A stretch of 64,000 nucleotides of DNA from Acidobacteriota bacterium (lineage in GTDB: Bacteria; Acidobacteriota; Thermoanaerobaculia; Gp7-AA8). The notes under the pieces are model-generated. The model saw only the letters and a program-made list of their open reading frames with translations, did not search any database and was not told the origin of the DNA. Numbering within the stretch: the stretch's first letter is position 1; each line of letters starts with the position of its first letter. The stretch spans positions 680,637 to 744,636 of the forward strand of contig JAFATB010000014.1 of assembly GCA_019244185.1 (NCBI GenBank), written 5' to 3'. The translations under genes were made by a program, and so were the position numbers. Shown one piece after another: positions 55,013 through 62,733 of this stretch.

Positions 55013-56815
55013 ATGCTCGGTCGCCGTATCGGTAGTTGGATTCTCGAAAAGGAGATTGGCCGCGGCGGAATGGGCGCGGTCTACAAGGCCCGGCACTTCT
55101 CGTTGAGCACGGAAGCCGCGGTGAAAGTGTTGTCGCCGGGGTTGGAATCCGCCGAAGGATTCCGGCAGCGCTTCCGGCGGGAAGCCGAACTGCAATCGCA
55201 ACTCCGCCATCCGAACATCGCGCGAGTGCTCGATTACCTCGAGCAAGACGGTCATTGGTACCTGGTGATCGAGTATCTGGAGCGAGGCAGCTTGTCGGAT
55301 CGGCTGGCCGACGGGGAGGTCATCCCGCGAGCCCAAGCTATCGCTTGGATGCGAGAAGCGCTGGCCGGCCTCGGACACGCACACGAACGCGGGATCGTTC
55401 ATCGCGACATCAAGCCCGCGAATCTGATGTTCAACGCGCGAAATGAGATCGTAGTCGTCGATTTCGGGATCGCGCGGGGCGATGCGGCGCCCGGGCTGAC
55501 GGCCACCGGAGTCACGGTGGGAACTCCGGCCTACATGAGTCCCGAGCAGATTGTGACGCCGAACCAGGTTGATGGCCGCGCCGACATCTATTCGCTTGGG
55601 ATCGTACTGTACGAACTGCTCGCGCACCGGCGGCCGTTTGCCTCTGATTCCGATTTCGCGATCCTGCAGGCTCACGTCACACAACCGCCGCCGCCGCTGC
55701 GTTCTGTCGATCCGTCGATCGGACCGGATCTCGAGGCAATCGTCGCGTGTGCGTTAGCGAAGAAGCCCAGCGATCGTTTTCCGAATTGTGAATCGTTTTC
55801 CGCGGCCCTCGCGTCGGCCGACCTTCGGGCCTCCGCGGGAACAGTTTCCATGTCAGCGCCGATCGCGGGCGGCACTGTGCATCAATCGCGCTTCTTCGTT
55901 GCTCCGACGGACGCCTCTCGAGGACTCTCTCCCGCGGAAATGCGCGATCGGAAGCGGCGCTCCCTTCAGCGCCGGCTCGTCGCAGGAGGAGCGTGCACGC
56001 TCGCCGTTGCGGGGATCTTCGCGGTACGGCAGGCAGAGTGGAAAGCGGAACAGCGACAAGAGCCAGTCCTGGGTACGGTGACAACCGTCGGCACGCCGGC
56101 GAGCAACGAAACAAACTCGACGGCCGCTAGCGCGCCGGCAAAGTACGAAGCAACCTCGATCGCCGTAAAGCCGGCGGCTCCCACACATCCCTACGGTGCT
56201 GTGTCGCGGCCAGACATTCATCTCCAGCAGGTGATGGCCCCGCCACCGTTCACTCCGGACTCACCGACGCAATCGCGGCCGAACATACCGCCGGTTCCAG
56301 TGGCGCCGCACGTGGAGCCGCTGCCGGAACGGCCACGGATCGCCGTCATCGGAGCCGGCGGTGACGCCGTGATGGCGGCCGCGCTGGAGCAGGAGTTCGA
56401 GCGCCGCCTGTCCGCTTATGACGTTGCGGACGAGCACGGCGATCCGGCGGTCGAGGAGCTCCTTGGCCGCAAGAACGTCGCGGCCAACGCGCTTGGCGCA
56501 CAACTTCTCAGTAGCGGCTTTCACGTACTGGTTCTCATTCGCGTTGAAGAGGGCGACCATCGCAGCCTCAGTCTCGAAGGCCAGTCGTTGTCGATGAAGG
56601 CGGCGCGCCTGCGCCTCAATGCCTATCTCCTTCCGGTGAACCGCCCCCTCGGCTCGGGATGGACGGAAGGCGTTGAATATTCCGAACTGTCGACTTCAGA
56701 GAAAGCGCGACAAGCGTTTATTGGAGCCACGGCGGATCTCCGACAGGCGATCGACCAGAACTGGAGCCAATTGCGTGCGGCAAATGCATCCCGCAATGCT
56801 GGAGCCGTGAGATGA
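55013..56815 (+). CDS. Transmembrane Hanks-type Ser/Thr protein kinase
   Basis: IGRGGMGAVY, AVK, HRDIKPAN, DFG, GTPAYMSPE, DIYSLG; TM helix; Pro-rich linker; C-terminal alpha/beta domain; GGAGGAGG RBS. Confidence 0.95.
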   Translation: MLGRRIGSWILEKEIGRGGMGAVYKARHFSLSTEAAVKVLSPGLESAEGFRQRFRREAELQSQLRHPNIARVLDYLEQDGHWYLVIEYLERGSLSDRLADGEVIPRAQAIAWMREALAGLGHAHERGIVHRDIKPANLMFNARNEIVVVDFGIARGDAAPGLTATGVTVGTPAYMSPEQIVTPNQVDGRADIYSLGIVLYELLAHRRPFASDSDFAILQAHVTQPPPPLRSVDPSIGPDLEAIVACALAKKPSDRFPNCESFSAALASADLRASAGTVSMSAPIAGGTVHQSRFFVAPTDASRGLSPAEMRDRKRRSLQRRLVAGGACTLAVAGIFAVRQAEWKAEQRQEPVLGTVTTVGTPASNETNSTAASAPAKYEATSIAVKPAAPTHPYGAVSRPDIHLQQVMAPPPFTPDSPTQSRPNIPPVPVAPHVEPLPERPRIAVIGAGGDAVMAAALEQEFERRLSAYDVADEHGDPAVEELLGRKNVAANALGAQLLSSGFHVLVLIRVEEGDHRSLSLEGQSLSMKAARLRLNAYLLPVNRPLGSGWTEGVEYSELSTSEKARQAFIGATADLRQAIDQNWSQLRAANASRNAGAVR

Positions 56816-58836
56816 CCGTCACGAATATCGACGTTCGCGGCGACGCCACTCTGCTCGTGGGACGGACGCCCGACAACGACATCGTCATCAATCATCCGCT
56901 GATGTCGCGCAACCATGCGCGTATCGCGCGCACTGCATCGCGGTGGAGCGTTACGGATCTCCGCTCGACCAACGGCACATTCGTCAATGGCCGCAGAGTG
57001 CAGGCAACGGCCGCGCTGGCCGTCGGCGATGTCATTGATCTCGGTGCCAGTCGCATCGTGTTGCTCGATGACCAGCGCCTGGAGCGACGCGACTATCGCG
57101 GCAACACGCGCATCGAGGCGAGTAACGTCGCGATTCGCGCTGGCAGGCGGGTACTGATGGAGGGCGTCTCACTGACGCTCTTACCGTCCGAACTGGTGGC
57201 CCTGATGGGCCCGAGCGGAGCCGGCAAGACGACGCTCATGACGGCACTCAATGGGTATCAACCGCCAAGCAGCGGCCGCGTGCTCTTCAACGGGCAGGAT
57301 CTTTATGCGAATTTCGATCGATTCCGTCTCGGCATCGGCTACGTGCCGCAGGACGACATCCTCCACGGCGAGCTTACCGTCGGAGAGGCGTTGTATTTCA
57401 CCGCCCGCCTTCGCCTCCCGAACGATACGAGCCGCGGGGAGATTGCGCGATGCATAGACGCGGTTCTTCAACAGCTGGGGATTGCTCACATCCGCGATTC
57501 GATCATCGGCACGCCTACGCGGAAGGTGGTGAGCGGTGGGGAACGCAAGCGCGTCAACGTCGCCATGGAGCTATTGAGCGACCCGCCCGTGCTGTTCCTC
57601 GATGAGCCGACGTCCGGCCTTTCGTCGGAAGACGCCCTGTCGCTGATGCAGCGGTTACGGGAACTGGCGCGGGAGGGGCGCACAATTCTCCTCACCATTC
57701 ATCAGCCGAGCCGCGAAGTTTTCCGGCTTCTCGACAATCTTGCGGTTGTTTCGCGCGATGTTTCGAGCGCCGCGCCCGCGCGCCTCGTGTATTACGGTTC
57801 TGCTTATCCGGAGGCAATTCGCTTTTTCAATCCCGGCCGTGAGGTCGGAGACGAACCATCACCGGATGGCGTCCTGCGTGGTTTAACAGCACGGTCCACG
57901 GATGAATGGCTGGAGTCGTACCAACGGTCCGCGATCAAAACCCACTATGTGGATGATCGGGCGGGGCGAACGGCGGCCCAAAATCCGGCACAGACGGAGG
58001 CGCCACGCCGGCCCTCGGCGTTGAGACAGGCACTGATGTTATTGCGCCGCGGCTTCACGCTGAAGGCACGCGACGGTTGGAACAGCGCGATTCTCTTTGC
58101 GCAAGCGCCGATCATTGCCTTTCTGCTCGTAGCCGTATTTGGCGGAGCCAGTCGCGCTTCGGACGCGGGTTCTGCAATTCGTGCAGGGACAGCGACAACG
58201 ACGCTCCTCTTTTTGATGAACATCGCCGCGATGTGGTTCGGCTGTTCGAACGCCGCGCGCGAGATCGTCGCCGAATGGGCGGTGTTCAGCCGCGAGCGCG
58301 TCATCGGTTTGCGTCTCGCGGCCTACGTCACCGCAAAGCTCGGCCTACTGAGCGTGCTCGGACTCGCACAATGTCTGCTTCTCCTGACAATTGTCCATCA
58401 CGGCTGCCGGATCGATACTTCCGCGACACATCTTCTCCTGTGCCTCTTTCTGAGTACCTTGATTGGTACGTCACTGGGTCTGCTCATCTCGGCGGTGGCG
58501 CGGAGTTCAGAAGTCGCGATCTCCCTGGTGCCGCTGGCAATTCTTCCGATGGTCGTTCTGGGCGGGATGATGCAGCCGCCGCACGCGATGGAGCAACCTG
58601 CGCGGACGCTGGCGCAACTCGTTCCCTCCCGCTGGGCATTCGAGCTGGCCATTGGGCTCGAAGCGAAACAGAGGCTCGCGCGGGCCGATCACGCCGGGAC
58701 GGATCTGGCCGAACCTTATTTCCCGACCGCCGGCCGCTCGTCCGCTTCGGCCGACGCCACTGTCCTGCTGACGAATGCGGTGGTGCTGTTGGCCGGGACG
58801 CTTGCGGTGCTGCGATCGCGGGATGTCCATCCTTGA
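56812..58836 (+). CDS. FHA-ABC ATPase-ABC2 membrane fusion transporter (Rv1747-like)
   Basis: GR...SRNHA...DLRSTNGTFVNG FHA; GPSGAGKT, VSGGERKR, FLDEPTSG, TIHQP; about 6 TM helices; ATGA overlap with the kinase. Confidence 0.93.
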   Translation: MTVTNIDVRGDATLLVGRTPDNDIVINHPLMSRNHARIARTASRWSVTDLRSTNGTFVNGRRVQATAALAVGDVIDLGASRIVLLDDQRLERRDYRGNTRIEASNVAIRAGRRVLMEGVSLTLLPSELVALMGPSGAGKTTLMTALNGYQPPSSGRVLFNGQDLYANFDRFRLGIGYVPQDDILHGELTVGEALYFTARLRLPNDTSRGEIARCIDAVLQQLGIAHIRDSIIGTPTRKVVSGGERKRVNVAMELLSDPPVLFLDEPTSGLSSEDALSLMQRLRELAREGRTILLTIHQPSREVFRLLDNLAVVSRDVSSAAPARLVYYGSAYPEAIRFFNPGREVGDEPSPDGVLRGLTARSTDEWLESYQRSAIKTHYVDDRAGRTAAQNPAQTEAPRRPSALRQALMLLRRGFTLKARDGWNSAILFAQAPIIAFLLVAVFGGASRASDAGSAIRAGTATTTLLFLMNIAAMWFGCSNAAREIVAEWAVFSRERVIGLRLAAYVTAKLGLLSVLGLAQCLLLLTIVHHGCRIDTSATHLLLCLFLSTLIGTSLGLLISAVARSSEVAISLVPLAILPMVVLGGMMQPPHAMEQPARTLAQLVPSRWAFELAIGLEAKQRLARADHAGTDLAEPYFPTAGRSSASADATVLLTNAVVLLAGTLAVLRSRDVHP

Positions 58837-58861
58837 CACAAGACGCCATACGGAAGGAAAG

Positions 58862-59791
58862 ATGATGACGATCAACGGTTTTCGGCTCCTCTCTGCAGGT
58901 TTTTGTTTCGCACTGTTCCTCGTTGTGGGCTCCTCGTTCGCCGAGGCGCCGCGAGGGAGTCTTCGCTACAGCGTGGTCGTTGCGAAGTTTGAGAACAAGA
59001 CCAGCAGCGAACGTTCATTGGGTGACGAATGGGCAACACTGTTGACCACTAAACTCTATGAAAGTGGTCATTTCATCGTCGTATCGCAGACGGAGACGCA
59101 GTTGCAGGCATTGAAGGAACAACTGCGCGTCGGCTCCGGAATCACCGCCCAAGGCAAGAAATCGGCTGTACGTGGCCAAATGACGCCCGCCCAGCTGCTC
59201 GTCGAAGGGATCATCACGGACTTCAAGGAAGCGGCCGCCGATCAGGGTGGCGGCGTGGGCATCGGAAAGTTCCGCGTCAACGCGGGACGCAAGACGACCG
59301 AGATCCGGGCCACGATGCAGATCGTGGACACCTCCACGGGAGCGGTGGTTGCGGCGCACAACTTCGTCGGCGTTGCGCAGGCACGGTCTTTCTCCGTTGC
59401 CCAGTCCGACCGCGGAAACGCCGTGAGCATGGGACGCGATGACAACGTGCAGGCGGCATTTGAGAAAGCGATCGAGGAAGCGATCCCTTGGATGGTGAAT
59501 CAACTCCCGTCCATCCGCTGGCGCGGATCCGTCGTGAAAGTGGACAAAGACCGGATCATCGTAAACCGAGGATCGCGTGAAGGTGTGAGCGCAGGTGATG
59601 AATTCATCGTCGGCGAGTCTGAAATTCTGCGCGATCCCGATACGGGCGAAGTGCTCGACGAGGTCGTGCACGAACGCGCGCGCATCAAAGTTATTCAGGT
59701 CAATGAACGTACGGCGGTTTGTACGGTCGTGACCGGAACGGCGAACCAGATCGTCGAACGAATGGGCATCCTGTACAGCAACGAGAGTTGA
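58862..59791 (+). CDS. CsgG/HfaB-like exported protein with FlgT-C-like beta domain
   Basis: Signal; VVAKFENKT, L..SG.F.VV, AQLLVEG.ITDF, IVD.STG.V, NRGS..GV..GD.F.V...DPDTGEVL. Confidence 0.82.
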   Translation: MMTINGFRLLSAGFCFALFLVVGSSFAEAPRGSLRYSVVVAKFENKTSSERSLGDEWATLLTTKLYESGHFIVVSQTETQLQALKEQLRVGSGITAQGKKSAVRGQMTPAQLLVEGIITDFKEAAADQGGGVGIGKFRVNAGRKTTEIRATMQIVDTSTGAVVAAHNFVGVAQARSFSVAQSDRGNAVSMGRDDNVQAAFEKAIEEAIPWMVNQLPSIRWRGSVVKVDKDRIIVNRGSREGVSAGDEFIVGESEILRDPDTGEVLDEVVHERARIKVIQVNERTAVCTVVTGTANQIVERMGILYSNES

Positions 59792-59793
59792 TC

Positions 59794-62511
59794 ATGCCCA
59801 ACCTGAAGGCATTATCGCTCGTCGCCTTGGTGACGTGTCTCGCCCTCGAAGCCCGTGCGGACTGGCTTCCTCAGCCGGATTCTGCGCCAATGCAGAAGAT
59901 GGGCGGCCTCGTGTCGATTCCAGGCGCGCCGCTGCCTCCAGTCTCTCCAGATGTGGTGCGCATGACGATCCGGTGGTTTGAGCCGGTGCTGGCGGGTCTG
60001 CGATTGTTCGGCGACACGCCGGCCGTCGGGCGCGGTTGCGGGTATCTCGCAACCTTGTATGCCGCGGTTGGCGACGATGCGAAAGCGGAGCAGCTTTTCG
60101 ACGAAGCGGAAGCCATTCTGAACAAGAGCGGTGCTGCGCCGCTGTATCGGGCATGGGTCGAGAACAATCGCGGGATGTGGCACAACCAGTCCGGCCGGCA
60201 CGACAAGGCGATCAAGTGTTTTCGCAATGCTGTGGAGCTTCTGCATCCGGAGAAAGAGGAGACTCGCGAACCGCGGCTCATCATGCTGCAGAACCTGGGC
60301 ACCGCGTATTGGCTTTTGGGCGACGTGGACCATGCAGAGCTGACCTTCGGTGAAGCGATCGATTCACTTCGACCCGCCGGAATGGAGCACAGCCGCACCG
60401 CACAGATTCTGCGCGCCGATGTCGAAATGCTCGATGCCTCGATTGGGGATTTCGTTTCGGCGCGGTCGGTCGGCGAGAAACTCCTGGAGGAGCCGAATCT
60501 CGACCGGACGGTTCGTTTCCAGGTGCTCATGTCTCTCGGTTACACACTCGCCTCGCTTCGGAACTTCGATCAGGCAGTGAGTCGCCTTACGGAGGCACGT
60601 TCGCTCACAGCGGATCGATCGGCGGAGCGCCTGATGGTCTTGATGAACCTGGCGACGGTGTACGCCACCGCCGAGGACTATGACCATACAGACCCGCTCG
60701 CGCAGGAGACGCTGGTGCTTGCCCAGAAGCTCAACGGTGAGAACTCCCGCATGGCTGCTGCTGCCATGACGCTTTGCGCACTGACCGCGCTCAGCCGGAA
60801 TGAACTAGTCGCAGCGGATCGATTGCTGACGCGCGCCATCGCCATTCTCCAGCCGCAGCCCGGCGATGATGAACTTCGCATTCGTGCGATCCGTGAACTG
60901 GCGCTCGTCGCCCAATTTCGCGGTCAGACGGAGCGCGCGACCACATTGGGCCGGCAGGCGCACGAGCAGACCAAGCAACAACTGCAGCGCATCCTGGCCT
61001 TCGGTTCCGAGATGCAGCGACTCGCTTATCGAGCGCAGGCCGCTCCGTTCGATCAACTGGCGAATCTCGGCGATCCATCACTGCTCGCCGATGCGGCGCT
61101 CACCATGAAAGGTGTCGTCCTCGACTCGCTGCTGGCGGATCGCGCGCTGGCGCGCAGGAGCAATTCGCCGGAAGACCGCGATCAACTCGACCGCATCAGC
61201 GAACTGAAGGTCCGGCTGATGGAGGAGACCTCCCGCAGCAGCGCCGCCCCCGAGTCACTGCAACGCGAGCTGGTCAGAGAAGAGACTGCATTGGCACGCC
61301 GTCTGTCGCGCGAAGCCCCGCAGCATCAGGTGCCCATCAGTCTTCCGGCCGTGCAGCGCACGCTCGGCCCACAGGCGGTGCTTGTCGAGATCATCCGCTA
61401 TCAGCGATATACGAGCCGTGCGAAAGCGGTGTGGGCATATGGCGGCGTGGTCATTCCCCAATCCGGCTCCGCATCATGGGTGCCGCTCAGCGATGCGGAG
61501 CCGATCGACGCCGCGATCAGCAAACTAACTCGCCGGGTTCAGGGCCAGTCACGAAGTGCGACGTCCCAGGAGGTCAACGACGCGCTCGCTGCCTCTGATG
61601 AAGAGATGCGAAGCACGCTACGCTCCTTGTATCAGTCGCTTTGGGCGCCGCTGGTCCGTGCGTTGCCAGAGGGTACGCAACAGGTGTTCCTCAGCCCGGA
61701 CGGTGCCACGTCGTTTCTCCCGTGGGCAGTCCTGCTGGACGAGAAAGACCGTTTCGTTCTCGAAACCTGGCAGCTGACGCAAGTCGGCTCCGGCCGAGAC
61801 CTGCTGCGACCGGCGCCGCCGTCGTTCGCTCACACGGTCGTTGCGTTCGCCGACGGCAGAGGAGACCTGATCTACAGCCGTCGTGAGGTGGAGGCCATTG
61901 CGAAGATCAGCGAGTCGCACGGCTGGGCCGCCACGATACTAGCCGGCGAAGTCGCGACCGAGCATGAATTGGTACGACAACGTAATCCGGGCGTTCTGCA
62001 CTTTGCGACGCATGGCGGTCAGCTCGACGACGATGCCTCGCAGGCGATCGCCAATCGGCTCAACCGTAATCCGATGTACCGCGGCTTCATCCTGCTGGCC
62101 GAAGGTGGCGAGACTCTGAAGCGTTGGAGCCGCGGAGAGACGGTCCCGGCTGCGGACGATGGCATTCTGACCGCCGAAGAAGCGAGCGGGCTCGATCTCA
62201 GCCACACGTGGTTGACGGTTCTTGCCGCGTGCGACACCGGCGCCGGCGACGTCAGTGTCGGCGAGGGTATCCTTGGCCTCCGCCGCGGCTTCGCGCTCGC
62301 AGGAACGCAGTACCTCCTTTTTTCGCTTTGGCCGATCGACGACGCGGCGACCGCCGCGTTCATGCGAGCCTTCTATGCACGACTCTTCGCCACCGGCGAC
62401 GCCGCGGCCGCATTCCATGAGACGCAACGAGACGAGCTTCTCCGCTGGAAAGCGTCCGGCCAATTAACGCGAACAGTTGAGATGGCAGGAGCCTTCGTAT
62501 TGACCAAGTGA
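59794..62511 (+). CDS. Exported TPR-CHAT protease
   Basis: Signal peptide; TPRs; KG..LD, SPDG....LPW, LHFATHG, DGILTAEE, LAACDTG, GLRRGF..AG, SLWPIDD, GAFV. Confidence 0.92.
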   Translation: MPNLKALSLVALVTCLALEARADWLPQPDSAPMQKMGGLVSIPGAPLPPVSPDVVRMTIRWFEPVLAGLRLFGDTPAVGRGCGYLATLYAAVGDDAKAEQLFDEAEAILNKSGAAPLYRAWVENNRGMWHNQSGRHDKAIKCFRNAVELLHPEKEETREPRLIMLQNLGTAYWLLGDVDHAELTFGEAIDSLRPAGMEHSRTAQILRADVEMLDASIGDFVSARSVGEKLLEEPNLDRTVRFQVLMSLGYTLASLRNFDQAVSRLTEARSLTADRSAERLMVLMNLATVYATAEDYDHTDPLAQETLVLAQKLNGENSRMAAAAMTLCALTALSRNELVAADRLLTRAIAILQPQPGDDELRIRAIRELALVAQFRGQTERATTLGRQAHEQTKQQLQRILAFGSEMQRLAYRAQAAPFDQLANLGDPSLLADAALTMKGVVLDSLLADRALARRSNSPEDRDQLDRISELKVRLMEETSRSSAAPESLQRELVREETALARRLSREAPQHQVPISLPAVQRTLGPQAVLVEIIRYQRYTSRAKAVWAYGGVVIPQSGSASWVPLSDAEPIDAAISKLTRRVQGQSRSATSQEVNDALAASDEEMRSTLRSLYQSLWAPLVRALPEGTQQVFLSPDGATSFLPWAVLLDEKDRFVLETWQLTQVGSGRDLLRPAPPSFAHTVVAFADGRGDLIYSRREVEAIAKISESHGWAATILAGEVATEHELVRQRNPGVLHFATHGGQLDDDASQAIANRLNRNPMYRGFILLAEGGETLKRWSRGETVPAADDGILTAEEASGLDLSHTWLTVLAACDTGAGDVSVGEGILGLRRGFALAGTQYLLFSLWPIDDAATAAFMRAFYARLFATGDAAAAFHETQRDELLRWKASGQLTRTVEMAGAFVLTK

Positions 62512-62691
62512 GTAACCTGCTCCGTCAACTCGCTCGCCGTGTTGAGGAGTGCGGACGTCGTCTCGACTTACAACGCATAGAGACGTGAGGAACCTCGAGG
62601 CGCGGAGGCACGAGCTCATCGACGCCGAGAACGACGTCTACTTCCCGCGGTGGCGCTGGAGCACTGGAGCGGACGCGCGGCTCTGCGCGAA

Positions 62692-62719
62692 GTGATCGCG
62701 CGCTTCCGCGCGCGATCAC
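62692..62719. terminator. Perfect 12-bp inverted repeat between convergent genes
   Basis: GTGATCGCGCGC-ttcc-GCGCGCGATCAC. Confidence 0.5.
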
Positions 62720-62733
62720 CTCAGAGGAAGGCA

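Larger units (their letters stand above)
29787..62690. mobile_element. Putative horizontally acquired island (~33 kb); no integrase or att sites seen
   Basis: Abrupt change right after 29786 to codons with more A/T third positions, reverting at the IPTL-CTERM gene; content is all accessory signalling/conflict-type genes. Judged by eye, not computed. Confidence 0.5.

Noticed and set aside
58862-59791. Curli biogenesis operon
   Set aside because: No csgA/B/E/F-like genes nearby.
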